A stretch of DNA of 60,569 nucleotides, filler included, from Sphacelaria rigidula (Eukaryota), in assembly GCA_964200075.2 (NCBI GenBank). It is 7 parts of 7 records of this genome, joined end to end, with 100 filler letters (N's around TTAATTAATTAA, not from the genome) between each part and the next. Parts side by side here need not be neighbours in the genome. Positions count along the whole stretch, not along the records: positions 8,669 to 17,236 come from CAXNAA020010757.1; positions 17,337 to 25,904 come from CAXNAA020010758.1; 5 more parts are not named here. One strand, given 5' to 3'. The position numbers and the translations under genes are program-made. Numbering within the stretch: the first letter of the stretch is position 1; the number at the start of each line of letters is the position of its first letter. Below the pieces are notes generated by a model. It was not told the DNA's origin and did not search any database. It saw nothing but the letters and a program-made list of their open reading frames with translations. Shown in pieces: positions 11,229 to 23,828 of this stretch.

Positions 11229-12280
11229 CTGGAGAAACCGTAGGGGAGGGTAGGAAGGCGGTGATATTCAAGTGTGTGAGTGATCGTACAATGGGGGAAA
11301 ACTGCTCTGGGGGTGGTGCGTTTCACCACTGTAGTATTCAACCCTTTCATTGCACGGGAGGGGAGAGGGCGGCGGGGCTTGAAACGATTCTTGCAGGATG
11401 GAGCACATTCTCAAATTGTCAACGCAAGCAGCCAATTCCGCAAGAGGCACACCGCGCGATGACGTTTCCACCTGTTATGTACGCGCTCACATTCCATGAA
11501 TATGTGCACGAAAGCGCATAGCAACTGTGAGGAATTGTGTGACATACTCATGACTGTTCGTCGCTTCGTGTGATCGGACACTTAATCTCCCCTCCTCCCC
11601 CCTAGGGGAGGAGGACACGTGAGACGTTTCGACTCCAAAAGGTTCCGAGATCTCGCGGAATTTCAGATATGGTCCCACATCAATTGTGGTTCATAGCGCC
11701 AGTTAAAAGTAGTACGACGGAATCCAGGACGATGAGCTCACCATCAATTGACGAAGAAAATCCAAACTTGAGGGCAAAAATTTACTGAGGGAAGCAGTTA
11801 ATATCTGACAAAAGTTGTGGAGGTGATCTTAGGCGTTTCCCGAACTGATAACATAAGTTCATGGTCTCCAAAATACCAGACCCGAAAAATGTACGTGGAA
11901 CCTCTGTTGAACATGGTTTACATGTTGAGGAGGCCGGTCAATATGCACCTCTCGAGAAAAAGTATCCTTGGAGGATGGTCGAAAGGAAAAATATTTTCAA
12001 GATGTTGCAAAAAATACCATCTTCGAGGACTGATACTGTAAGAAGCTTTTATTTCAAGATGCATCATACTATTCCGAAAAATATCATCATGTCGCTTCGC
12101 AGCAGCTCCGTAACACCGTAACCCTTCGGCCGCGAGCACCGGTGATCTATTGAATCAGCATGACCAGATGACCTAACCTCGCGGTCAATAAACAAAGCAC
12201 CAGAGCATTTCTCGGAACAATTTCAACGACTGACTTGCCCCGCCGACAACCCCGATGCTACATACACATGAATATATATG

Positions 12281-13183
12281 CAGTAGTCAGCATCAAAAGT
12301 ATGCAGAATCCGTAATTCCTTAGTTTCTCTGAGATTATCCAAATTTGTTTTGGATGCCACCGCTCATGACAGTGACTGTTGCATGCCAACAATTGGGCAT
12401 CCGGAGATATTTGAATCCTTTTGACAAATTTTGAAAGAAAAACAATCTGCGATCAATCATGAGTGACTTACGGGCTTGGCCGATCTTCGGGGGTCCTGCG
12501 AAAATACAAACCCAGGCTCTAGCTTTTCGGTGTTTTCGGTGGACCGACTCGATCCGGATTATATAAGTGAAGACTAGAAATACATTGTTTTTTTTTTAAT
12601 TCCACCTAGTCACTGCGCTAGAGCAGGAAAACTATATTTCTTTAGCTTACGGTCAAAAACACCATTCTGATAAACGGGGTCTTTACCCGGTATCGCCCTC
12701 ACAACAACAACTTGAGCGATTGTAATTTGAGCACGGTTTGCTTATTTTACCAAAACTATCGACGCTGGCACTTTCGAGTGCTCATGGAAAATGTTGTGGA
12801 AAAAATCCCGAAAATAGGCCATCCGCAGAAAATGCTAGATTGAGGTCTGTGCAGTATAGGAGGGAAATACGATCTCGATCGTTCTTGTGAATAATTTAAT
12901 ACGTATTAATTTATCTCAATATACACCGTTTCGTCGCTGAAGAGCGGGAAAACTGCTTATATTGGACCAAAAACGGTCAATGACACCCTCCTGATCAACG
13001 CGGTATCAAGTCCGTATCGCCCCAAATACACCAACGTGAGCAATGCAGTTTGAGCGCGGCCTACGCTTTCTCCCTAAATCCACCGGCGCTAGCACTTCCA
13101 AGTAGCAGTGAAGAACGGTACTCCAGAAAAACTCGGAAAATAGGACAACTACGAATTCTAAAAACCTCTGATGCTGACTACTA
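12281..13183. mobile_element. Non-autonomous DNA transposon (Tc1/mariner-like ends) in an intron
   Basis: TIR core AGTAGTCAGCATCA / TGATGCTGACTACT, extending about 45 bp imperfectly, in TA-rich flanks. Internal diverged direct repeat of about 140 bp (12690-12830 versus 13013-13150). Confidence 0.65.
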
Positions 13184-14021
13184 TATATTTAGGACACGGG
13201 CAAAACAAGCAAAGTAGACTGCAACGTTTTTATGAATTCACCAGTACTATGAAGACCGCTGTCGACATGTCAGGTCTGTGCCACACCGTAGTACGACTAG
13301 AAAAAGCCCTCCAGTGATGGGCAAGAAACACACCGCCAACGACCGCATACCCTCCGTAGATTCCGCGCCCCGCCCCGCCCACTGCCTCGTGCACCAATTT
13401 CACAACATGAGCAGTTACTTTTCGCAGATGTCAGCATGTCGGTCAACGGCCTCTGATGCACAAGAAGCCTAGAACACGCCCACGTTTTACGCGTACTTCC
13501 GGATCCCTCTCCCGCACTCTTTCCCTGGACGAGGTCGTAGTCGCAGAAGGGGGAGCAACCACCCTCCATCTCTCCCTCGCCATGTACCCCTCATGTAAAC
13601 GCCCTACACTTTGTCATATCCGGATTGGATCAACGCATTTCAGCACCGAGTGGACTCTTGTCGAACGAATGTTCTCTTCGTTTAAGTTCTCATATTTTTA
13701 GCGACGGAAAACAGATACTTCTCAGAGAAATACAGACCCTAACGAATACATGATCAGAAGTCGCAATTGACTGAAATGTACTGCGGGAAGTATAGGCTTG
13801 TAGCAACTGTTGTCGGCCAACAATGGCTGGAAAAAAGGCCTATATACTTCACGCCGTAAATTTCGTCGATTGCAAATAATGACCATGTGCTTTCCGGGGT
13901 TTGGAGAAATGTGAAAAGGAATACATCTGCCAATGGCTCCGACTAGCAACCGCTTCCTCTGACCGGAATCAGCTCCATCTCTTACAGCACTCACTGGGGT
14001 GCTGATGCGAACACAACTCAC

Positions 14022-14186
14022 GTCCTTGGAGCCATTGTCGTCCAGCGCAGAAAGAGAAGGGGAGACGTGTTCGGGAACTCCGCCCGCCACGGCCTGCGAC
14101 TCGGACGCCGGAGCAACCTTGTGAGAGGACAGCATCGGAGGAGGAGCCGCGGCGGGAACAGCTGTGGATATCGTCGGAGAGATCGC
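14022..14186 (-). CDS. Exon of G3BP-like gene (AISPTISTAVPAAAPPP...DDNGSKD)
   Basis: TTCTCAG acceptor, GTGAGT donor, 165 nt, phase 0, composition like the neighbouring exons. Confidence 0.65.
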
Positions 14187-14936
14187 CTGAGAATTCAAGG
14201 TGGTGGTGATGGTGGTGGCCATGGGGTGTGGGAATTGGCATGCTCGCCAAGGTACTTCGCGCACCAACTCGAGTGCAGACACAAGTCAAGGAGGTGAAAC
14301 ATGACACCTGGGCAATGGATACTTACACCAACCATTCGATCACCACCCCATGCTGATTGACTGGGTCTTGGAACTCGTCCTTCCCTTGAAAATACTGCCG
14401 ATTCAACAGATAATACGCCCTGGATGCTAACGGTTGAAAACAAGCATCTCATTGGCAGTTTTGCCACGCGTCAAATGATCGTCAATGCCCGGGGTATGAC
14501 TACTCACGGCATTTACATTATTTGAGGGGGAAGGATAGAGAGGCTGTGACACACCCACATCACGGGACAACTTTTACTCGACAAAAAAAAACAGTAAAAC
14601 AGCTAAGTACACCAAGTACAATCTGTGCGGCGTGGCACATCAGCAGATATGATGGAAATTCAGCGCCTGCCCCAATAGTAAAAAAACGCTGGCAGAGGTG
14701 TGTGGACGAAGTGGAATCACGCGCGATAAAGAAAAATCCGGGAAAGAAGCAGAGAAGGCGGGAGGGGTGCAGGGGTGGGGGGACTCATACAGTTGCTTGC
14801 CTTAGCCATGAGACCGTTAGCCACCCAGACAAGAGCAAACTGGCATAGACGCCGACTTCAGACCTTGCACCACCAGTTTCGAGAGAGAGGTCAGCAGTAA
14901 AGAATACATAATATATATATATATAAATCTGAGCAC

Positions 14937-15182
14937 CTGAGTCACCGCAGAAATTTCTTCCTTCGCCACCGCAGTCGCCGGCTGCTGTTGTACCTGCTGT
15001 TTCACTTCGTTGGTGGCAGCAACAGCAGCAGCAGCAGCAGCAGCAACAGCAGAAGCAGAAGGGGTAACAGCATCCGGCGTGTCCTCGGCAGCAGGAGGAG
15101 CAGCAGCAGCATCGGCCGGAGCAGCAGGGGCAGAGCGAGCTGTTGCTCCATCGGCATCCTTATCGCGGGCTCTCAGCGCACC
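14937..15182 (-). CDS. Exon of G3BP-like gene (Ala-rich/acidic linker)
   Basis: CAG acceptor, CAG|GT donor, 246 nt, phase 0. Confidence 0.75.
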
Positions 15183-15984
15183 CTGTATGCACCCCACCAA
15201 AATGCAAAAAAACAAAAACAAGAGGAACAAGCACGAGCGGAAAAGTACAGGCGAAGAAAAAATACAAGAAAAATCAGCCGAGAGTAAACATACGGATATC
15301 TACATAGTAACAAAACAAAACAAGAAATGAAAGACGACAAAATATGTGCACCAAGAGACGGGGGAAAGTTGCAATAAAGTATGTAGTAAAATGAAATTTC
15401 AAAACTACAAGATACGAGAAAAACGACGAAGGGAAAAAATGCAGCAGAGGAGCGTTCCGCACAACAATACCTCTCGAGTCCCACCGTAGCAATACATGAA
15501 TCTCCTACAAGTCAACTTTTGGTGTAAGAAGCCCAAGATCTCGGGAATATACAAGCTGAGGTACATGGAGCTGGGCCGGCCAAAACAGCGGGGATTGACA
15601 GATATCACCAAGCAGACCCTTTTCCTCAGAGATGGGACATGTCTGTGATAGTGACGTGACTCACACGCACACATCCTGATCTCAAGTTGTTGTCGGCCGA
15701 ACTGATGACGATTCCGATGTTTCCCGTGGATATCAGTTGGGACGTAGCCGTTCACGGCGGGGGTCGAGTGTTCAGTCGCCGGCAGACGAATGTTCTTCGT
15801 TCTGTGACATGTCTGTGATCTCCGTCACTGAATACGCGGAGACGGTGCACATATCGCGACGAGTACTAGTGTTCACTACTGCACCTGCATTTTGCCTGCG
15901 CGGAACCGTTACTCGCACCGCACCACTGCCGTCTGTACAGCACATATCTAAACTTCGATACACATTTTTTTTGTAATTTCCAAG

Positions 15985-16340
15985 ACCAGTCGCCCCGGTG
16001 GCTCCATTGGTAACCACGAAACCTTCCGACGGTTGGGTCGTGGATTCGAATCTCGGGGCTGTCAAGAGATCTGAGATTCTTTTTCTCACACCACGCCCAT
16101 CAGTTGAGAGCGATTGTGTTGTGGGTACACAAAATTCGGCTTCATGGTCGACGAGGGACAGCGACTGCTGAATCCCCTCTTGCGATAAAAAATAAGAGAA
16201 GCGCCGCAGGTGGGAGAGACTACATCAAAATAAAAAGTAAAAACTTCTGTGTTGACCTTCCTCCCGTGTGACCCCGGCTGATGCGTCCACATATATCGAA
16301 AGTTGGAGACTGGCGTCAAGAATAGATGGGATAACACTCC
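15985..16340 (+). mobile_element. tRNA-derived SINE copy (antisense to the host gene, intronic)
   Basis: A box GTGGCTCCATTGG, B box GATTCGAATC, shared body and 3' end GAATAGATGGGAT. Confidence 0.8.
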
Positions 16341-16521
16341 CATATTCTGAACAATCTTCCTTCCTCAGGACCACTCTCGCCGGTCTCAGGGAGTCAGCGT
16401 CTTTTCTCGGTAACTTTGCTTCACATCGGAGTACCAGGACCAAACGTCTTTCATTGGAAAATGATACATAAACCGGGCGTCACCGAATCACATGACATTT
16501 TAAACGGAACATCACACACAC

Positions 16522-16691
16522 CTGCACCACCTCAGGCAAGACATCGAGAAACCGGAAAATGTCGTTGCGCACGAAGTAGTTGTGCCTGTCATTGTCCTGG
16601 TGCTGCCTCGCCAGAAAGAACGTTTGGACGAATTGACGGGGGTCGCTGTCTGTGATGGTGATAGACCCGGTCACCATCAACAGCACGCCAT
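16522..16691 (-). CDS. Exon encoding the C-terminal half of an NTF2-like domain (G3BP/Rasputin family); upstream exons are off-contig
   Basis: GVLLMVTGSI...RQFVQTFFLA...YFVRNDIFR is the canonical NTF2 signature. TGCAG acceptor, CAG|GTGTGT donor. Confidence 0.9.
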
Positions 16692-17336
16692 CTGCACAAA
16701 CAACGAAGGCGCGGAAGAAAAAAAGACACACACACACATACACGCACGTGAACATCATAATGTTTCGTAGAGTACGCTTTCTTGTACACCCGAGGTGTTT
16801 TACCGGGAAATACCCGTACTCGACAGTTTTAAGAGTTCAGTAAGCCCTCTCATACCAGTACCTGACACTTCCTTGATATTTATACGAACTATTTACCCAT
16901 GACCGGGGCGTGCGTATAATACCCATATAAAAATACCCTGGTTGCGGATATTGGTTGTTGTACATCCTCCATGCCGGGGACACGGCAGCTTTTGTTCTTC
17001 AGACTTTCACACAGGTACCCGACAGTTCCGCAACATCTGGAACGAATTTCATCCCGTACCGATCATGCACATATCCTACAAAACACAAGCTTGAAAAAAT
17101 GTACCGATTTCTTCGCCCTAGCACCACCAAAACCTCTGTTCTCGACACAAATTCATCGGTAGAACTTGAAGAAACACTTGAGCGCCAGATGCTTTGCTTT
17201 GATCGCTAATTCATGACCACTAGGGGGATAGGGGGGNNNNNNNNNNNNNNNNNNNNNNNNNNNNNNNNNNNNNNNNNNNNTTAATTAATTAANNNNNNNN
17301 NNNNNNNNNNNNNNNNNNNNNNNNNNNNNNNNNNNN

Positions 17337-17902
17337 TATACGGGTGGTTTAGAGAGGGGGGTAGGGATGAAAGCATATTTGCATGGCCCAATGGACGCTG
17401 CGAAAAATCTGAAACTGCGATTTCGGGTGGGGGACTTAGACCTGCCAGAAAGAAGGAAAATATATAAAAGTCGTCGAAAGGAGGAGGAAGTAGATCGACA
17501 AAACTGTCTTTGTGTCATAGCAATAGAGAGCAAAAGTCATATAGTGGCTGAATGTGAGCTACACAAGGAGGAACGGGACGTGCTAGAGGGGCAAATGCGA
17601 GACGTGAACAAAGGTGGCATGATATCATTTGATGCACTAGACAGTAGGGAGACAACGATGGCTATACTAGGGGATATATGGTGGCCAGAGACGGTGAAAC
17701 AGGACGGGGAGAAGATATGTAAGAGGTTTTAGTGTAATGTTTGTAAGAAACGTACTGAGCTACGGATGGAACGTAATGAGCGCCAGAATGTTGAAGGTGT
17801 CTCTATTAGGAGTAGGAACGGTGCTCCGTCTTGAAAGGGATGTGTGATCAATTGCCAAACGACTAAGGCAAGCAACACATGAGTACGCCCCCCCTTCCCC
17901 CC
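17337..17902 (+). mobile_element. LINE family A 3' fragment ending ATGAGTACG+C-run
   Basis: MKAYLHGPMDAAKNLKLRFRVGDLDLPERR..ESKSHIVAEC, highly similar to 590-1122. Confidence 0.85.
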
Positions 17903-18503
17903 TGCCGGCGAAACAAGAAAGATAGACATGCTACATGTCTGAACGACCACAGTACTTGCAGGCCACCATAAAGTGTTTGCCTCCTATGGACTTCGATGGA
18001 GACAAGCTTGGTTTCCCCACCGCGGCGGCGGAGCACCGGGTCGGCTTTCGTAGATAATGGGGGCTTCGTCCAGGGCTCCACCATTTGGTCCTACTCGTTC
18101 ACTCTTACACCGGGGTTTGTGTTGGCTTCAATGCCTCAATACAAGTACTCGCTACTTCTCCTGGATACGAACACTCTAAGGTGCTCACACGCCACGTCGT
18201 TCGGCACAGATGTAGAGCGCACGAACTGAGAGAACGTGCTTGATCCCGCTAGTCGCCGGGTGCTGAGGAGCCCTTCCGTGCGTAAGATTGAATCCCCTCT
18301 GACTGGATTTACCTTCGCCACAGATGACTAAAGGGTGTTGCTACGAGTGTGCTGTATCTGGATATCTGAATACAGCTCCATGCGTGACTCGCCTTCGTGA
18401 TGTGCAGGTTCACTACCGGCGAAGCTTGGGGAGCTGGATGCTCTCGAGGAACTGAGCCTGTCTTGTTGCCAGTTGACGGGTGAGAGTCTAGATAAAATTA
18501 CTG

Positions 18504-19310
18504 TTATCGTCTTTCCCCAGAAATATAGAAGGTATACCGGCAATGGTTAGAAATGTGAAGATGATGGTTGCAACTTTTCACTCGGCGTGTGCTGAAGGGA
18601 CCACGGGCGTGAACATAGTAAACTATCTTGTACTCGGCCTCCGACATCGAGATATGGCAGGCACGAGCATGACAATTGCTCCGGAATAACCGACCTTCAC
18701 GTACTATGAGGTCTGTGTCGGCCTTCCCGTTTGTTAAGATCTCGAGTGCAACACTTTTTTTTGTGAAATTCCGATACGTACGCTGTGTGCGCTTCATGAG
18801 GCAGTCTGATGAAGACACCGTGGTTTTGTCTGATCGGACCGGCTGATATGATGATACACTACCCCAAGAAATTGTGGTTTTCGTCCAACTGCATGTTTCG
18901 TTTTTTCGATCCTACCTCCTTCTTTTTTGTCCCGAGAGATGCTGCTTGACGATGAAAAGCAAAATTCAGTATAATAATAGCATTACCTTGCTCTTCACGT
19001 AATGCGCTGACGGCGTGTTGAGTTTTGTAGTCCTCACGACTGCGTTGCATCCACTTCGGTAGGTCAGTCAAGGCAGCTCTTTTCAATGCGTTCGTCCGAC
19101 AGAACCTTTCAAACAATTTGAAGGCCACTTATTGGTCCAGGTACCTGTTCGTCCCTTACCGTCACCCTTACGACCTTGAACAAAATCCCAGCTACGTTAC
19201 CCTCTTCAGCTGTCCATGTTGGCCAGCATGATAGCGTGTGTGCAACCATTGAATTTCGGACTTTCATTCTGATCAGCTTCGAGAGCACCTGTCCTTTTTT
19301 ATCCCTCATC
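18504..19310 (-). pseudogene. Possible degenerate DNA-transposase-like coding remnant
   Basis: Three broken ORFs. CHARAC...YVHAR...VKSCNHHLH is loosely like the WRKY/FAR1-type Zn ribbon of MULE transposases. Confidence 0.2.
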
Positions 19311-19561
19311 TTCGAATTCTTGGTAGCAAATTTTCAATTGTTGTTCCCTATAAATGGTGACGTTCAAAATGCAGCATGGTGGGGTTTTGGGTGATGGGTG
19401 CCTAAAAATGTTTTATTAACCAACTAGAAGAGCAATTGGAGAAATTCAATTCTGACAAAAGTTATTGGAAGCATTTCTGAAAGATCTTTCCCCGGAAATA
19501 TGTTATGTTGAGGAGGGTATAGTCATTCGGAATTCTTAGTTCCGTTATATGATGTCTTATC

Positions 19562-19627
<66 letters not shown>
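19562..19627. repeat. (TTG)22 microsatellite
   Basis: Perfect trinucleotide run. Confidence 0.97.
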
Positions 19628-19629
<2 letters not shown>

Positions 19630-19860
19630 ATTCTGTACTCTTCACTTCCGTACTGGTCACGTGATGCGGACGCCTCTCGTGGGCACAGGCCAACTACACA
19701 AAATAGTCAAGATCAGGGAATCAAATAAAGATCAAATAGGACCCCGAAGCCTTAACGCAGAAACGATACTACAAAACAAAATCATACTAACCCCATGAGA
19801 TCCAGTGCCGCAGGCGACCATTCGGACTACTGCAGATCAAACCTAACGCTCCCGCCTCTC

Positions 19861-19936
19861 GTCGTTTGACCATTGACCACACATCCCTCCCAAGACGGAG
19901 CACCGTTCCTACTCCTAGTAGAGACACCTCCAACAT
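19861..19936 (-). mobile_element. LINE family A subterminal fragment
   Basis: Reverse complement of GTTGGAGGTGTCTCTA.TAGGAGTAGGAACGGTGCTCCGTCT...GGTCAATGGTCAAACGAC. Confidence 0.8.
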
Positions 19937-20431
19937 GTAGGTACCACCAGGCGTGTACCGGGGATACCCATAGAGGTGGCGCAATGTTGTAGTTAGCCGT
20001 CGTGTTCACCGGAAAGGGCGCCACGTTGTGGACACGCTCCTTCAATTCGCACAGTAAACGGCCGAGCTGCGATCGCGACAGCAAAGGCATTTCAAGGTAG
20101 TCTCATCATGCTGGATCCTTTTGCGTAGGTATGTCCTGTTTATCTACAGGCGAATGCATTCCGCACTCCGCCCCGTAGTTTGAGTTGGGAAGGTCTTGGC
20201 GATGTACCCTCAAACCAGGGGTAGGTTATTTACCCCACGCTTCGCGCCAATGTCGGAACGTTTGGACTCGAGGCTTCAGCCGCACACGAGGACACGCTCG
20301 CAAATCATATAGGTGCAGACTCGGCTCACCAGCGTGGCACGTTGAAGGTACCGGCGTTGATATCTGTCCCAACCCCGTTCATATTTGAATGTATTTTGCG
20401 CCCGTGCACCTTTGGTTTGCAAATTCGTGCT

Positions 20432-20903
20432 AAGGCCAGATGTTATATAACACACAGAGTTTTGGCCCACGGATTGTTCACTTTTGGGACGTTTGAGCCA
20501 CCTGTTGAACCCCAAAGAGGGAAAACCGCCAACACACGTCTTGGACACTTCGCATCACCCCACAGAGAGGAGCCTAGTCTGCTTTTCAGATTCGCTTGGT
20601 TCCGAGGTTTCGAGACTGGCCGCTGAACAAAAATTCGTGTACAAAAATCTGTGGTTGCCGTCCCCCGCGAGTTTGCCCAATAATGTGTGGAGATCGCCGT
20701 GGATTTTATTGCACACGGGTTATTGTTCAGCGGCCGCTCTCGAAACCTTGGAGCCAAGCGAATCTGAAAAGTGGGCTAGGGTCCTGTCTGTGGGGTGATG
20801 CAAAGTGTCCAAGATGTGTGTTGGCGATTTTCCGTGTTTGGGGGTCAAAAAGTGGCGTAAGCGCCCCAAAAGTGAACGATCCGTGGGCCACGACATCCGG
20901 CCT
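20432..20903. mobile_element. Foldback element/MITE with about 200-bp inverted arms
   Basis: The arms are reverse complements. The ORF track shows mirror peptides on opposite strands (QANLKSRLGSSLWGDAKCPR and QANLKSGLGSCLWGDAKCPR). Confidence 0.85.
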
Positions 20904-21410
20904 GAACAGTGTTTCTAGACAGCTCGCAACCTGCGTCCACAGCCTTGTTCATCTCCCCGTTCCCTTGATTTTGTTTTTTATTATTTTGTACGGCCTCCCC
21001 ACCTGAAGCCATGCAGAAACAGCGGGCATCCTCCTTCTCGTTTAAATTGTTCTAGCAGGACCAGTACTTTTTTAGATGTATCATGGGATCATGTCTGTTC
21101 CCCTCTCCTTTCCTTTCCTTCCTGTTATTTCTTCACCTTCGTGTGTGTGCTTGTCGCCTGTTTGTCGTTGTTGAGTTTACTCCGTTCGGGTATGTCCAAC
21201 GATCAATCAATACTTGTTATCTTTGGGCATACTCAACGGAAACGGGTATATATTCCTGTCCGGTCCTGTCTGTCATTAACTTTTCTTGCTGGCAAATTTA
21301 GCGATTTTTCGATCTCATACTTGAGTTTGATTCCGGGTGCCCTCCCTTTTCCGCTTCCATTTTTTGTATAGAAGATATCTTCGGGTCGTATTCGTGTTGG
21401 TGTATCTCTC

Positions 21411-21467
21411 CCGCAGAGTACGCGGGTGACCGCAGAGTACGCGGGTGACCGCAGAGTACGCGGGTGA
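21411..21467. repeat. Perfect 19-bp tandem repeat x3 (CCGCAGAGTACGCGGGTGA)
   Basis: Read directly from the sequence. Confidence 0.95.
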
Positions 21468-23476
21468 GACTTTCTACCCGCGAAGTGTGGTGTCCAGATA
21501 GCGGAGGCGTGATCTCATTCACCACTTTTTTTTCGTACGACTCGCTCACCCGGCCATGTAGCAAGAGTTCGATCGTTCTTTTTCGGGATCCCAACCTGCC
21601 GTTCGGTATTCCCCTCCTCTTCCCTTCTTTCCTTCTTTCATTATACTCTGAAGAATTTGTCCTTCCTCACCTCGTTTCCTTTTACTCGAAAGTAAAATGG
21701 CGTTCCCGTTTTTACATGATAAACTGTCCATCCTATTCCCCCGACTGTGTTCGTGGCTTCATGCCTGACAATCACTTGATAGAATCAGTTGGTCATATGT
21801 GGGAATTTGTTTTACTAGCAGTAATTGGTTGTTGGGTACTGAGTGGGCGTGTTTATGGAAGCTGGGAAGCAATACGTGGCAACAGGGGCAGTGCCATGAT
21901 CGATCCATCTTCGACTCCTCAAGTCATGCTGCGGCGCCCTGGTGGTTCAACTTGTACGTGTAGGTCGTGAGGGTCAGGGCGAAAGGGAAAGGGTTGATAT
22001 CCAGTCTGTACTGCGACATATGCTTTTACTTCCCGGGGAGTATCTGATACCTGTCGCTGAAACCGTGCGCTTGTGAGTAGCAGAAAATTGCTGACGAAAG
22101 GTGACGCTGTGCGGGAGTGTTGATCCAATCCGCGATACGAGTGTACCGGCCATGTAGAAGCAGAGATGGGTTGGGCATGACGCAGACGAGTCTGGAGGAA
22201 GGGGGACGCTTGTAAGTGTACAGGGCGGAACAGAACATCGCAGTGCATTCACGCTTTCTTGTAGTGTTTGCGTCTAGAGACGTTTTTGTCATTCCGCATG
22301 TTGACGAAAATTCAGCGGGAACGTTTGCGGCCACTCTTTTATCTATCCAGCGAATGACATGAGACAGGCACTCTATCTCTACTACAAAGCACCGCACATC
22401 CACAACGGCACACCGTACAATGAGGCGACATGACATGCACTAACGTGACTCGAACCCGCCAGCAACGACATCTTCCCCGATGATGCTGCTGTGCACTTGC
22501 TGTGCCTTGGGTGTACCGTTTACTGTTGTCGGGGTAGACACGTATCGCACCTTTTATATGTCGACTAGGTGTCTCTCAACTGGGACGTGTCCCTGCTGCA
22601 TGTGGTGTGTGTCAATAGCGATATTGCGACTGATCTCAGTAACATTTCTACGTAAGCACTGGAGCATTTGTATCTACGGTTGGTCGCCCCCCGTGTCGCT
22701 CGTAGATGTGGCTATACCGAGATCCGCTTCTCCCGGCTTTTTGCGGATGGCGTGTTCGGCTCTTGATCGACACGTGGTCTGTTTCACAATCGCACTGAAG
22801 TGGCCATGGCACTGTTGGTTGGTTACCGTACGTAATGTGGTTGTGTTCTGTCCTTGTTATGATCCTCCTCCCCCGGCCAGGCGATATCCCGCTGGAGTTG
22901 GCTCGCCTAGGTCGTCTTCGGAAGCTGAACCTGCACGGGAACGACCTATCTGGTGAGTCAAGAGTCGATTGAGTGCCGCGACGAAAGCCGTGTTGCTTTG
23001 CAGGTTTGTTATGTATGTGGCCGGTGTTGGAATCAAGTCTGTCGATGACCATCCCGTGTCGGTTTGATATTTGACTGTCCCGTCGTCCCTCGTACGCACG
23101 ATACAAGCACAGACACAGCTGTAGAAATATGAGATACAGTGCATGGTCCAGGTATCGTGCCGTAGGTGGTATGTGTGTTGGATCACACGGGCTACAGTGT
23201 ACGGTGGCGAAGTTCAACGTCCTTTCGTCTGCAGTCGCCACATTTGTGGTCCATGTTGCAAACGTGTGTACCAAGACGCTCTGTTATAGTCCAAACACAG
23301 TTCGTCATGATTCAACGGAAGAAACTTGGGACATCTTCCCATGCGGTTGGTCGAAACATCCTACTGTGCCTGTCGGAAACATGAGGATGTGGTGGTGTCG
23401 AGCAAGTCTTTCTGCAGTACGTTCCGTGGGATGGTATCATCGTGACCTACCGTAAAACATGTGTTGTCCTGTACGA

Positions 23477-23828
23477 GCCGGTCCCCCCGGTGGCTCGGTT
23501 GATAATCTCGACACAAGTGGGCCATGGGTTCAAATCTCGGAGCGATCGGGGATTTTTTTCTCACACAATGCCCAACAGTGGAGAGCGACCATGTTGTGTG
23601 GGTACACGAAGGTCGACGTGATGGTTGACGAGAGGAAGAGACTGCTGAACCCCCCTCTTGATGAAAAATAAAAGGCAAGCACCGCAGAAGGAAGGTGAAA
23701 CACTGAATCAAACAAAAAACAAGAAACTTCTGTGTTGACCTTCCTCCTCTGTGACCCCGGCTGGTTTGCCCACATATATTGAACAGTGTAGACCGGCGTC
23801 CAAAATAGATGGAACGACGATACACACT
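23477..23828 (+). mobile_element. tRNA-derived SINE copy
   Basis: A box GTGGCTCGGTTG, B box GGTTCAAATC, shared body, short CA tail. Confidence 0.8.

Noticed and set aside
13497-13583. Possible extra G3BP-like exon (VVAPPSATTTSSRERVRERDPE|GT)
   Set aside because: A donor is present but there is no credible acceptor or pyrimidine tract.
19562-19798. Poly-Leu ORF
   Set aside because: Translation artefact of the (TTG)n microsatellite.
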